DNA of 47,311 nucleotides, taken from UHGV virus genome UHGV-1541059. The stretch is one strand, 5' to 3'. The stretch comes from a virus. Position 1 is the first letter of the stretch; every line of letters starts with the position of its first letter. Under the pieces are notes generated by a model, which saw nothing but the letters and a program-made list of their open reading frames with translations, ran no database searches and was not told the origin of the DNA. The position numbers were made by a program, and so were the translations under genes. Shown here piece by piece: positions 17,819 to 26,285 of the stretch.

Positions 17819-18222
17819 ATGAATATTCTTTTAGCCTGCCTTACCCGCCATCGAATAATCGCTATTACCGACATTCGCGCGGTTTTCACTATATCAGCAA
17901 AGTGGGGAAGGAATACAGGGAACAGGTAAGAGACATCATCGAGCTATTAAATTTAAATATTAACCTACCTTGCCGACTGGCAATTGCCATTTACGCCGCG
18001 CCGCCGGATAACCGGATCAGAGATCTGGACAATATCCCTAAATGCCTTTTTGACAGCCTTACTTATGCCGGATTCTGGAAGGATGACGGGCAAATCGACT
18101 CAATAAAAATTGTTCGCTGCCGGAAGGTAAAAGGCGGACGCTTGTTTATTAAGATCCGCGAACGCGGCGACCTACTACCGGATATTGACGAATACGCGAC
18201 TAATATGTGGGGTGAGCAATGA
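17815..18222 (+). CDS. rusA: RusA Holliday-junction resolvase
   Basis: FSLPYPPSNNRYYR...IPKCLFDSLTYAGFWKDDGQI matches the RusA family. Confidence 0.85.
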   Translation: MNEYSFSLPYPPSNNRYYRHSRGFHYISKVGKEYREQVRDIIELLNLNINLPCRLAIAIYAAPPDNRIRDLDNIPKCLFDSLTYAGFWKDDGQIDSIKIVRCRKVKGGRLFIKIRERGDLLPDIDEYATNMWGEQ

Positions 18223-18401
18223 AAAACGAAGTTAAAGATCTGCAAATAGATATTCAGCGCGACGAGCGTGATTTAGAGACGGTCCGACAAATCCAGGCTT
18301 TCCACATGCGCGAATTACTTGCGCTGAAAGAGTTCGAAAGAAAGCTGGTGCAATCCATTTCTGATCGTAAACGGCTGGCGGCACGTTATGAGGGCAAATA
18401 A
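18219..18401 (+). CDS. Hypothetical small protein (60 aa)
   Basis: Coupled between rusA and Q. Confidence 0.4.
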   Translation: MKNEVKDLQIDIQRDERDLETVRQIQAFHMRELLALKEFERKLVQSISDRKRLAARYEGK

Positions 18402-19123
18402 TGAATTTAGAATCCATTCTAAAATTCCACTTTCCTAAATCACCGCGATTATCTGACGAAAGCCGGGGCACGTCCCCGGACGCTCTTAATACGACGGATG
18501 CGCTAACCGCTGCGGGTATGGCGCAATCGCGCGTAGAGCTTGGTTATAGCGCTTTTTTAGGGAAGATGGAACTATCACAAGCCGAAAAACACAGGGCCGT
18601 AGTTTTGCTTACAGAGCGTTTAAGGGCTATGGCGAAAGATTACGAATACGTGATGGAGTTAAACGAGGATCAGCGCAATGAACTTATTATTCTTGTTGCC
18701 GTTTTCGCGTTTCGGGATTATTGCCAGAGTGCCGCGACGGAAAAAACTTGCATGGAGTGCGGCGGATATAAATTTACGTTTGATGAATACGGTGAAAAAC
18801 ACCTTTGTAAAAAATGCAAGGGGCATGGGACAGTTCGCAATCATTGTAAACAATGCAAGGGTCGTGGCGAAGTACCGGATAAAACAGCCAGCGAAGCGGC
18901 GGAAATGCCAGTATTCAAAACGTGCCAGCATTGCGGCGGGCGCGGGTACTCGCGTTTCCCGGTAGATCTCGTCCGGCAGGCGGTTAATCAGCTTGTTTTC
19001 CCGGTAAGCCGATCAACATGGTGGAAGAAATACCGGGCTTTCTATGAAGACGCCATTGCTGAATTGTTCAAAGAAGAGGCGCGGGCTGACAACGAAATTA
19101 AACGAGTGACGCGGGGTGAATAA
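18401..19123 (+). CDS. Q: Lambda-type late antiterminator Q
   Basis: N-terminus MNLESILKFHFPKSPRLSDESRGTS resembles lambda Q MRLESVAKFHSPKSPMMSDSPRAT as recalled; zinc-binding Cys pairs; ...GYSRFPV... Confidence 0.8.
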   Translation: MNLESILKFHFPKSPRLSDESRGTSPDALNTTDALTAAGMAQSRVELGYSAFLGKMELSQAEKHRAVVLLTERLRAMAKDYEYVMELNEDQRNELIILVAVFAFRDYCQSAATEKTCMECGGYKFTFDEYGEKHLCKKCKGHGTVRNHCKQCKGRGEVPDKTASEAAEMPVFKTCQHCGGRGYSRFPVDLVRQAVNQLVFPVSRSTWWKKYRAFYEDAIAELFKEEARADNEIKRVTRGE

Positions 19124-19323
19124 TGGATAAGCTGGAAATAAACGATCAGTTTGCCGTTATCTTATTTGAAGATAAAACAGGCGGCGCATGGTGTAAGAAA
19201 GTCACTGGCGCGGAAGCGCGTTTAATATTGGGTATGGCAAGCGCGTTAAATGAAGGCGAATTGCCAGCCATCCCTATTAAGCCTGTAAAAATTTACAAGC
19301 GTGGTGACGATGATGAAGCCTAA
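19123..19323 (+). CDS. Hypothetical protein (66 aa)
   Basis: First gene of small-ORF block downstream of Q. Confidence 0.4.
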   Translation: MDKLEINDQFAVILFEDKTGGAWCKKVTGAEARLILGMASALNEGELPAIPIKPVKIYKRGDDDEA

Positions 19324-19582
19324 ATTAAAAGAACATCTATTTGCAAAGCTGGTTAATGACCTGACATTATCCGCGCGGTTGTGCCGTGATACACAACAAT
19401 TGAGGGCGTGGATAGCAAGGGATTTAAAAAAATATATTGAGCCTGGCGGGCCAGGTGGCGAAATCACGATGGACGAAGCCATCAAGCGCCGTTCGGCTGA
19501 ATGGTCAGTGAGTAACACCGGATTAACCGGATACATTGAAGGCTATAACGACTGTTTACAGGATCATAGCGATGGCAAGTAA
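19310..19582 (+). CDS. Hypothetical protein (about 90 aa)
   Basis: ORF; start uncertain (GTG 19301 or ATG 19310). Confidence 0.4.
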   Translation: MMKPKLKEHLFAKLVNDLTLSARLCRDTQQLRAWIARDLKKYIEPGGPGGEITMDEAIKRRSAEWSVSNTGLTGYIEGYNDCLQDHSDGK

Positions 19583-19883
19583 AGACCTGCATTTGAATCT
19601 GAAAGGGGAATATTTCCACGCCATATGGACTGGAAAGAAGGTGGAGGAATACCGGCTTTATAATGACTATTGGCGTAAACGTCTGGAAGGGCGGGAATAT
19701 GAACGCCTGATTATTAAATGGGGATACCCTGCCAACCACGAAAAACACAGGATTATTAACCTTCCTTATTTTGGGTACGAAGTAAAAACTATCACTCATC
19801 CATTATTCGGCCCTGATCCTGTTAAGGTATTCGCAATTAAATGTGACAGAAATTGGATGTTGAGAGGTAAAAATGAAAAGTAA
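19572..19883 (+). CDS. Hypothetical protein (about 103 aa)
   Basis: ORF; start at ATG 19572 (track uses TTG 19536). Confidence 0.4.
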   Translation: MASKDLHLNLKGEYFHAIWTGKKVEEYRLYNDYWRKRLEGREYERLIIKWGYPANHEKHRIINLPYFGYEVKTITHPLFGPDPVKVFAIKCDRNWMLRGKNEK

Positions 19884-20085
19884 CCGTAAACGCCTGGTAA
19901 GGGCGTATGACAAAGCGTTAAAGGCTTTTGATGATCTGCGACGCAATAAGCGCCAGCGCCGAAAATGGGCGCGATTACTTGTTAGTGAATGGCATGATGA
20001 GGATTTTTTCCTTGAGGCCAGACACATGACTCAGGATGACGCCGACTTATTAGCTGATGATAACGTTTATTATATGATGTGGTGA
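19873..20085 (+). CDS. Hypothetical protein (70 aa)
   Basis: Co-directional ORF. Confidence 0.4.
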   Translation: MKSNRKRLVRAYDKALKAFDDLRRNKRQRRKWARLLVSEWHDEDFFLEARHMTQDDADLLADDNVYYMMW

Positions 20086-20089
20086 CAAT

Positions 20090-20455
20090 ATGCAAATAAT
20101 CATTGATTATCTTTGCCACGCTGTAAATACGCTTTTTGGTTTTTATCAACAACCATTCCTCAAAGAATGGGACGAAATGCTCAATGACATTATTGATAAA
20201 GGGTTAATAGTTGAAGTCTGCGAGCTAACGATAAAATTCAATTACGAAGGCAAAGAATATGAAATATGGGTAGGCAATAGATGGTACTCATACGGGCATA
20301 TTTACTCAATTGGCGGTAAGTACATCAAACGCAGCCAGGAGTTCAGGCCACGATTCCGCACAATGCGCCGCCTGCGTGATCTGCATATAGGGATAGTTGA
20401 AGACCAGGAAGAGCGCGAACTATTCAAGATCTACGGGGATAAATCATGGAATTAA
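20090..20455 (+). CDS. Hypothetical protein (121 aa)
   Basis: Co-directional ORF. Confidence 0.45.
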   Translation: MQIIIDYLCHAVNTLFGFYQQPFLKEWDEMLNDIIDKGLIVEVCELTIKFNYEGKEYEIWVGNRWYSYGHIYSIGGKYIKRSQEFRPRFRTMRRLRDLHIGIVEDQEERELFKIYGDKSWN

Positions 20456-20676
20456 AAATCTGGCAGGCTATCGACGTTGTTGATAATGAATTGTCTATGT
20501 TCGCCACTAACGGGAAACGCGTTGTGATCGCTACATGGACACGTAACCATGATGATATTGCTTTTCGTCGCGCGGCGGCGGAATTGCTTTTCGCTGATGG
20601 CGGCTACACGATGAACATCGCACAGCTTGCCAGAATGAAAGATGAAAAGCTGGTGGATAGCTACATAACTGCTTAA
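20446..20676 (+). CDS. Hypothetical protein (76 aa)
   Basis: Co-directional ORF. Confidence 0.4.
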   Translation: MELKIWQAIDVVDNELSMFATNGKRVVIATWTRNHDDIAFRRAAAELLFADGGYTMNIAQLARMKDEKLVDSYITA

Positions 20677-20680
20677 CGAG

Positions 20681-20920
20681 GTGGATATGCGTATCTATGA
20701 ACACAAGCGGGATAAAACCCGCTTTTTTGTTCGTGCTGGCGTGGCGTACCAGTATCACGAATGCGGATACATTGAGGCACTTGCTTACGACCTGGATTTC
20801 GAACAAGAAAAAGAATGGTTTGATTTCAAGATTTACCGGAAGCGCAAGCCAACGCGCGACGAACGACACGCCATCCGGGACTTTTTAATCAGCATAGACC
20901 GCTGGGAGACAGACGAATGA
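20681..20920 (+). CDS. Hypothetical protein (79 aa)
   Basis: Co-directional ORF. Confidence 0.4.
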   Translation: MDMRIYEHKRDKTRFFVRAGVAYQYHECGYIEALAYDLDFEQEKEWFDFKIYRKRKPTRDERHAIRDFLISIDRWETDE

Positions 20921-21144
20921 AAGTTAAATTCTTGCACGATCACGGATACCCGTCATTAAAACGCGTAGTAGGGGAAACGGTAGACGTTGTTCACTCTGAT
21001 GATGTGACCTGCGTCATTTTGGGTAAAGACCTTATTGCTCACGGTGCTGATGATAATTATATCAATCCGGCGTGGTCGTATACGTTCAGCCTGGGCGGCT
21101 TCGTGGGCGACAAGGGGCGCGGGCTGCAAGTAGTCGAGGGTTAA
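20917..21144 (+). CDS. Hypothetical protein (75 aa)
   Basis: Co-directional ORF. Confidence 0.4.
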   Translation: MKVKFLHDHGYPSLKRVVGETVDVVHSDDVTCVILGKDLIAHGADDNYINPAWSYTFSLGGFVGDKGRGLQVVEG

Positions 21145-21148
21145 TATC

Positions 21149-21397
21149 ATGGACGTTTACGAAGATCTATACCTTCAGACAAATACCCACACTTTTTATT
21201 TTCTGAAAAACGGCGTCGTATATCGCAGTGACGACGGGGTGATAATGAAGGAGTGGTTATTTAAGCGTAAAGACCTACTCGATGATCTGGTTTTTGCCGG
21301 GATATTCCGTAAACGTCCGGCTAACCTGGAAGAAGAAATGCTGATCGAGGTAATTAAAAATGAAAATCAAGGTAAGTTATTTCAGGGCGAAAGATAA
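21149..21397 (+). CDS. Hypothetical protein (82 aa)
   Basis: Co-directional ORF. Confidence 0.4.
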   Translation: MDVYEDLYLQTNTHTFYFLKNGVVYRSDDGVIMKEWLFKRKDLLDDLVFAGIFRKRPANLEEEMLIEVIKNENQGKLFQGER

Positions 21398-21611
21398 GGC
21401 CACTGGAAGACTAATGTCTATCCTGGTTAACGAAGCGAATTACATGTTTTTTCTTCAGCCGTGGTGTATTGCGGATCTTAATGACGATTATCGCCGTCAC
21501 GCTGCGCGGAGTGCTGTAGGGATGAAAGGCTGGCAACCGCGCGACATGGAAAATTATTGTGAATGGAAGCTGATAGCAAAATACACGGTCGATTATAAAG
21601 GGGTTTTCTGA
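21360..21611 (+). CDS. Hypothetical protein (83 aa; start uncertain)
   Basis: Overlaps upstream ORF by 38 nt; true start may be internal Met at 21414. Confidence 0.35.
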   Translation: MKIKVSYFRAKDKATGRLMSILVNEANYMFFLQPWCIADLNDDYRRHAARSAVGMKGWQPRDMENYCEWKLIAKYTVDYKGVF

Positions 21612-21835
21612 TGTTTGTAAAATGTATAAAGTCTCGTTTCCCTGATCTTTTTGTAGTTGATGAGATTTACGACATAGAAACGCTAATAAGCAGAACTAAC
21701 GATATTCAGTACATTTATGATGAAGACGGCGATCCGTGGTTTTTTTATAACGATCTTGATGGTAGCGGATTCGTTGATGGCGCTGGCGGTAATGGTGTGC
21801 CAGTTGCGCTATTTATAAATCCAAATAGGGAATGA
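21611..21835 (+). CDS. Small protein, member 1 of tandem paralog array
   Basis: KCIKSRF...QYIYDEDGDPWFFY. Confidence 0.45.
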   Translation: MFVKCIKSRFPDLFVVDEIYDIETLISRTNDIQYIYDEDGDPWFFYNDLDGSGFVDGAGGNGVPVALFINPNRE

Positions 21836-22047
21836 ATATCATGTATGTCAGATGCACTGAATCAAAAACATCATGCTTTGAGGTTGGTGGAATATATACC
21901 GTAGATCACCTGACTGGTGATGAGCTTAACACTCAATACATTAAAGACGACCACGGCGACGCGTGGCGCTATTGGGATTGCTACGCGCGTGGACACGTTA
22001 CCAGTCAGTTTGGTACGGAACCGATCGCGCGTTTTGTTAAGTGGTGA
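21832..22047 (+). CDS. Small protein, member 2 of tandem paralog array
   Basis: RCTESKTSCF...QYIKDDHGDAWRYW. Confidence 0.45.
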   Translation: MNIMYVRCTESKTSCFEVGGIYTVDHLTGDELNTQYIKDDHGDAWRYWDCYARGHVTSQFGTEPIARFVKW

Positions 22048-22056
22048 GGTAGTGTC

Positions 22057-22296
22057 ATGAGCCGGAATCAGAGATACCAGTGCACATATTCACGATGTAG
22101 CGCGTTTTTTAAGAATGGCAAGATCTACGAAGTCGGCGCGGCATTGGTTGACGCAAAGAATCAGGAATATATTCACGCCATTACTGACGACCAGGGCCAG
22201 TTATGGCGATTTTATAAGATGGGGTGTGGCACGGCGCTTGTTTATGCGCGTGCTGGTGGTGGTGCTTTTGCTGCATTTTCGTATGTAGGGGCGTAG
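22057..22296 (+). CDS. Small protein, member 3 of tandem paralog array
   Basis: QCTYSRCSAFF...EYIHAITDDQGQLWRFY. Confidence 0.45.
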   Translation: MSRNQRYQCTYSRCSAFFKNGKIYEVGAALVDAKNQEYIHAITDDQGQLWRFYKMGCGTALVYARAGGGAFAAFSYVGA

Positions 22297-22299
22297 AAA

Positions 22300-22515
22300 A
22301 TGATTTTAACGTGTCACGGATCTGATCTTGATTGTTTCGAAGACGGTTGCCAGTACGAAGCGGAAAAACCAGGCGGATTACCGAAAAACCCGTTTTTAGT
22401 CGTTACAGACACTTACGGTCACTTATGGTATGCAGCGCCCAGCAAGGCGCGCGGCTGGTGGCTGATTCAGAATGACGATCGCGAGGTTGTAGTTGCCTTC
22501 AGGCATGACGAATAA
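22300..22515 (+). CDS. Small protein, member 4 of tandem paralog array
   Basis: LTCHGSDLDCF...FLVVTDTYGHLWYA. Confidence 0.45.
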   Translation: MILTCHGSDLDCFEDGCQYEAEKPGGLPKNPFLVVTDTYGHLWYAAPSKARGWWLIQNDDREVVVAFRHDE

Positions 22516-22537
22516 AAAGCGTGATCTACTCCGCAAA

Positions 22538-22575
22538 GTATACAAAATGGCATTGTTTTGGCAGTGCCATTTTGT
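22538..22575. promoter_or_regulatory. Inverted repeat built from the 13-bp motif in a 100-bp intergenic gap
   Basis: GTATACAAAATGGCA-ttgttttggcag-TGCCATTTTGT, followed by TTATAAAG. Confidence 0.4.
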
Positions 22576-22616
22576 TATAAAGAAGCTGAAGAGAGAACGA
22601 TGCGGAGGGTAGAAAA

Positions 22617-22889
22617 ATGAAACGCTGGATTAACGAAGAAACAGAGTCCCGCTTCAATGCAATTTGGGATCTGATTGAAAAAGAGGACGGCGTTTCTAGT
22701 CCCTACCTGAACAATCTTGAGTTCCACTATGTAGAAGCGATGAACGCAGAGCATGACCACGAAGGCGGTGCTGATGAATTCGCTAAAAAATACGGCTTCG
22801 ATGATGCAAACCATATGATTAACAACGTGGTGATGCAGGCAGAGGAAGACTACGAATGCAAATCACTTGAATTCGCACGCATGGCATAA
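22617..22889 (+). CDS. Hypothetical acidic protein (90 aa)
   Basis: ORF with GGAGGG RBS. Confidence 0.45.
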   Translation: MKRWINEETESRFNAIWDLIEKEDGVSSPYLNNLEFHYVEAMNAEHDHEGGADEFAKKYGFDDANHMINNVVMQAEEDYECKSLEFARMA

Positions 22890-22899
22890 GGGGGGAAAC

Positions 22900-23040
22900 A
22901 TGAACGCTAACGCTAAATATCCTGCCTGGGTCTTTGAACTATACGCCCGCTATTTTGAAGAACTGGCACCAGGTGAAGAAGCATTAAGCATTGACGAATA
23001 CGCGGAGTGTTTAGGATTCAAGGGGGACGAAGAAGAATAA
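22900..23040 (+). CDS. Hypothetical 46-aa acidic protein
   Basis: GGGGGG RBS then ATG; below the 60-aa cutoff of the ORF track. Confidence 0.35.
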   Translation: MNANAKYPAWVFELYARYFEELAPGEEALSIDEYAECLGFKGDEEE

Positions 23041-23083
23041 AACACGGGGCCGGATGGCCCCATCAAATCAGAAGGGTGTAATT

Positions 23084-23383
23084 ATGAAAAGCGCTAAATT
23101 CATTGCGTGCTGTTTTGTTGAAGTCCCTAACGATGATGTTTTCTGCAATTATGAATTTAAAGACAGCTTAGGCAGATCTCATGTTGTTGTTGGTAAGCGC
23201 GGCGATTGGTTATATATAACCGATGACGATATGATTTTTACCAGAAATCAACTATTTCACATACACTCAGTAAATAATTATGCGCCAGTTGCCGCTATAT
23301 CCACAATGGATATGCATTCTAATATGTGGCTTGAAAAGGACACTGTGCATAAAGCGCGTAGCTTACCTGGTGCGGAGTATTAA
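23084..23383 (+). CDS. Hypothetical protein (about 99 aa)
   Basis: Start at MKSAKF (track ORF 23054). Confidence 0.4.
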   Translation: MKSAKFIACCFVEVPNDDVFCNYEFKDSLGRSHVVVGKRGDWLYITDDDMIFTRNQLFHIHSVNNYAPVAAISTMDMHSNMWLEKDTVHKARSLPGAEY

Positions 23384-23385
23384 TT

Positions 23386-23643
23386 ATGGTTGTATTTAGA
23401 CTATGGCGCGGAGTTAGTAGGCTTGATGGTGAATACAGCCGCGTCATTGAAGATGTTAATCGTGGGCGTTTTTATGAACTGGCATACAATGAGGAATTGG
23501 AAAAAACATACTTGAATGAATCTCTCCCTATGTGGCGAAAAATGGCTGGTGAAATAGCTTTCGCAATGCGCCACGGATTTTATACAGATCATAACACGCT
23601 AATTGATGCCGAACTGGTGACGACTCTTTACGAAGGAGAATAA
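23386..23643 (+). CDS. Hypothetical protein (85 aa)
   Basis: Co-directional ORF. Confidence 0.4.
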   Translation: MVVFRLWRGVSRLDGEYSRVIEDVNRGRFYELAYNEELEKTYLNESLPMWRKMAGEIAFAMRHGFYTDHNTLIDAELVTTLYEGE

Positions 23644-23646
23644 ACA

Positions 23647-23970
23647 ATGAGTAAATTTATCAGCGTTAAAGTTTTCCGTGGAACTATTCCAGAAGGTAAG
23701 AAATACGGTAAATTCAGCGGAATGCCTGGCGCATGTTTCCGTGTAGCAACGGAAGACGACGAGCATGTTAAATGCTTCCACGTATCGGAGCCGCCTTTTA
23801 ATCAAGAACATCTTGAAGACCCTGATAAAGTTAAAATGTTCGCTTTCGCTTCACTGATGCTTAATCCTTACCCTGCTCTTGATGTCGAATTGGTTGGCGC
23901 GGAAATGTTCGCGGAATACAAAATAACGGAAGCAGAAGACGGAGATTCTAAAATTGAGCGCATCAAATAG
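23647..23970 (+). CDS. Hypothetical protein (107 aa)
   Basis: Co-directional ORF. Confidence 0.4.
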   Translation: MSKFISVKVFRGTIPEGKKYGKFSGMPGACFRVATEDDEHVKCFHVSEPPFNQEHLEDPDKVKMFAFASLMLNPYPALDVELVGAEMFAEYKITEAEDGDSKIERIK

Positions 23971-24208
23971 ACCTTACAAAATCCGTTGTAAAGGTGAATA
24001 CCCTGGCTTTACGACTGGTTGCGAATACCTGGGCCACATTGGTTACGGCCCTTTCGGTGAGTTAGGGATGAATACGATTGATGACGATGGCGACAGCAGG
24101 ACGCTTGATCTTGATTCTGATGATTTCGAATACATCCCGCCGATAACTTACAGCGACGTTGATGATTTCATGGCTGAACATGAAGACGATGAGGATGATT
24201 ATGATTGA
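23954..24208 (+). CDS. Hypothetical acidic protein (84 aa)
   Basis: Co-directional ORF. Confidence 0.4.
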   Translation: MSASNRPYKIRCKGEYPGFTTGCEYLGHIGYGPFGELGMNTIDDDGDSRTLDLDSDDFEYIPPITYSDVDDFMAEHEDDEDDYD

Positions 24209-24398
24209 ATGCCTTATTATTGCGGTAGTTATCATTTACCTGGCTGGCGTCATTTTAATGGGCGCTTTTCAGAAAGCTGTTGATAGTGACGGCATTATTT
24301 GGTTCGAGCTAGTCTTCTGGCCTTTCATTACGATATACGCATTCGGTGACGCCATGCGCATTAACATCATGCGAGCCATTAAGGAGCGTAAGAAATGA
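24201..24398 (+). CDS. Small membrane protein (65 aa, two TM helices)
   Basis: MIECLIIAVVIIYLAGVILMGAF...IIWFELVFWPFITIYAFG; GAGGA RBS. Confidence 0.4.
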   Translation: MIECLIIAVVIIYLAGVILMGAFQKAVDSDGIIWFELVFWPFITIYAFGDAMRINIMRAIKERKK

Positions 24399-24577
24399 TT
24401 GAAGATGGCGTGTACGAAGCAACAGTAGTAGACGGGCTGTTTTACCGCGTGGAAGGCGATGATATTCGTATCCGCGTTGGCTGTGGCGAGTGGGTAGCGC
24501 CAATCATTAAGACGACGCGAGAAACAATTAAAATATTTCTTGATGCTGGTGAACTGGTAAAGGTTAGCGACCTATGA
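24395..24577 (+). CDS. Hypothetical protein (60 aa)
   Basis: MIEDGVYEATVVDG...; shares IEDGVY N-terminus with next gene. Confidence 0.4.
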   Translation: MIEDGVYEATVVDGLFYRVEGDDIRIRVGCGEWVAPIIKTTRETIKIFLDAGELVKVSDL

Positions 24578-24750
24578 ACGAGATCGAAGATGGTGTTTAT
24601 TCACATGCTTTGTTCGGTATAGCCTACATGCTAAAAGGCGACAAAGTGATGATTATGACTATTGATGACCCATACTGGAAAGATTCACTAATGAGCCGCG
24701 AGCAAATGCAATTATTACTTGATAATGGTCTGTTAATCAGGAAACTGTAG
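24574..24750 (+). CDS. Hypothetical protein (58 aa)
   Basis: MNEIEDGVYSHALF...; ATGA-coupled to upstream gene. Confidence 0.35.
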   Translation: MNEIEDGVYSHALFGIAYMLKGDKVMIMTIDDPYWKDSLMSREQMQLLLDNGLLIRKL

Positions 24751-24813
24751 ACATAATCGCGCATAAAAAACAAATAGATTAAAATATTTCCTAACAATGC
24801 GAAATTGTAATTA

Positions 24814-24840
24814 CCCGGCACCGCGCCGGGTTTTTGCTTT
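24814..24840 (+). terminator. Strong intrinsic terminator immediately upstream of holin (tR'-like, candidate Q target)
   Basis: 6-bp GC stem CCCGGC-accgc-GCCGGG followed by TTTTTGCTTT. Confidence 0.65.
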
Positions 24841-24855
24841 GTTGGAGGTAAATCT

Positions 24856-25056
24856 ATGTTCGACAGAATACGGGAGGCGTGCGCGTATGTGACTGGGGCC
24901 GTAACTGCTTTTTTCGGCGCGATAACCATCAATGATATTGCCGTCTTTGTGGGTATCTTATCAACCATAGGCACATTTGCCGTTAACTATTACTTCAAAT
25001 CACAGGAGAACAAGCGAGCGCAAGAGGAACACGACGCGCGAATGGGGAATAAGTAA
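24856..25056 (+). CDS. Holin (class II pinholin-like)
   Basis: 66 aa, two TM helices, charged C-terminus [19 protein letters not shown] similar to phage 21 S-type pinholins; GGAGG RBS. Confidence 0.8.
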   Translation: MFDRIREACAYVTGAVTAFFGAITINDIAVFVGILSTIGTFAVNYYFKSQENKRAQEEHDARMGNK

Positions 25057-25057
25057 C

Positions 25058-25549
25058 ATGATTAGCCAATCGCTGAAGAATAAGATTATTGCTGCGGCGG
25101 CTGGTGGGGCGATCGCTATTGCGGCGGTGATGGTTAAACCATTAGAGGGCGTGGAGTACGATCCCTATCGTGATGTTATCGGCGTATGGACCGTTTGCTA
25201 TGGTCACACCGGAAAAGACATCATGCTTGGTAAGACTTACACGCAATCAGAATGCGATGCTTTGTTAAACAAGGATCTCCACAAAACCGCAAAAGCGATT
25301 GACCCATATATTAAAGTCGAAATATCAGATTTTACCCGCGCGGCGCTTTATTCATTCGCCTATAACGTAGGCGCTACCAACTTCAAAACATCAACCTTAT
25401 TGAAGCTACTCAATGACGGTAAGAAATCAGAAGCGTGCGCACAGCTTAAACGCTGGATATACGCTGGCGGTAAGAAGTGGCAAGGCCTGGTTAACCGCCG
25501 TGATGTTGAATATGCCGTTTGCGAATGGGGGGAAACGTGGACAAGGTGA
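25058..25549 (+). CDS. SAR endolysin (lysozyme with N-terminal signal-anchor-release domain)
   Basis: N-terminal [26 protein letters not shown] then lysozyme catalytic region ...[16 protein letters not shown]... Confidence 0.8.
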   Translation: MISQSLKNKIIAAAAGGAIAIAAVMVKPLEGVEYDPYRDVIGVWTVCYGHTGKDIMLGKTYTQSECDALLNKDLHKTAKAIDPYIKVEISDFTRAALYSFAYNVGATNFKTSTLLKLLNDGKKSEACAQLKRWIYAGGKKWQGLVNRRDVEYAVCEWGETWTR

Positions 25550-26007
25550 AGGCGTTAATCATCGCCGTTGTTGTTTGCATTATTGCCGGACTTACCGCCG
25601 TAACGTGTTATTACCAGGGTGAGGCGGCAAGGTTACAGGAAGAAGTCACGGTGACGCAAGGTGCACTAAAAACAGCAAGTAACACTATTCAGCAGATGAA
25701 GGAGCGAAACGCCGAACTGTCAAAACTTGATAAGAGGTATCACGATGAGATTAAAGCTATCAGATCTGACATTGCTGATCTGCGTGCTGGTATTGATAGC
25801 GGTGCTATCCGGTTGCACGTCAACGCAATACCCGTGCGAGTGTCAGACGCCACCGGAACCGCCAGCAGCATTGATGGAGCCGCCTGTAGACTCACTCCCG
25901 ACGCTGAATCGGCTTATCTATCCCTCAGAGAACAACTAAAAGAGAAAGACGCGAAGATCACCGGATTGCAGGACTACATCAAGACGCAGTGCATACGCAA
26001 AGAATAA
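25537..26007 (+). CDS. Rz: Rz i-spanin
   Basis: N-terminal TM helix, coiled-coil periplasmic domain, C-terminal Cys; GTG start with GGGGGG RBS (start uncertain, track 25519). Confidence 0.7.
   Translation: MDKVKALIIAVVVCIIAGLTAVTCYYQGEAARLQEEVTVTQGALKTASNTIQQMKERNAELSKLDKRYHDEIKAIRSDIADLRAGIDSGAIRLHVNAIPVRVSDATGTASSIDGAACRLTPDAESAYLSLREQLKEKDAKITGLQDYIKTQCIRKE
25745..25939 (+). CDS. Rz1: Rz1 o-spanin lipoprotein embedded in Rz (+1 frame)
   Basis: [24 protein letters not shown] lipobox then Pro-rich mature peptide; AAGAGG RBS. Confidence 0.7.
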   Translation: MRLKLSDLTLLICVLVLIAVLSGCTSTQYPCECQTPPEPPAALMEPPVDSLPTLNRLIYPSENN

Positions 26008-26285
26008 CAGCGCGTGGACGTGTCGCCGTTTCCGCCAGCCAGCCATAACCGGGCCAATCCTTCCCGCGAGCGACGGCGGAAAAGTCAAAAACACGTAATA
26101 CCGGATCAACAGTCCCATTAACAGGTCGGCGCTACCTGGGTAGAAGAAAGCGCCATTCACCAATTTTATAAAATTCTGGAAACGGTACTGATGAAGCGCC
26201 GTTTTCAGTGTTTTATAGCTGTTTTCACTCCCTGCGGTGTCGAGTTTTGCGGGGGTTATATTTTTCAGAATAGGAGATTATTCTG

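Noticed and set aside
22551-22566. Sigma54-like TGGCAT-N-TTGGCA pattern
   Set aside because: The GG-N10-GC spacing arises automatically from the inverted repeat of the recurrent motif, and no enhancer-binding protein gene is present.
25936-26163. 75-aa minus-strand ORF downstream of Rz
   Set aside because: Overlaps the Rz/Rz1 3' end on the opposite strand; no convincing RBS.
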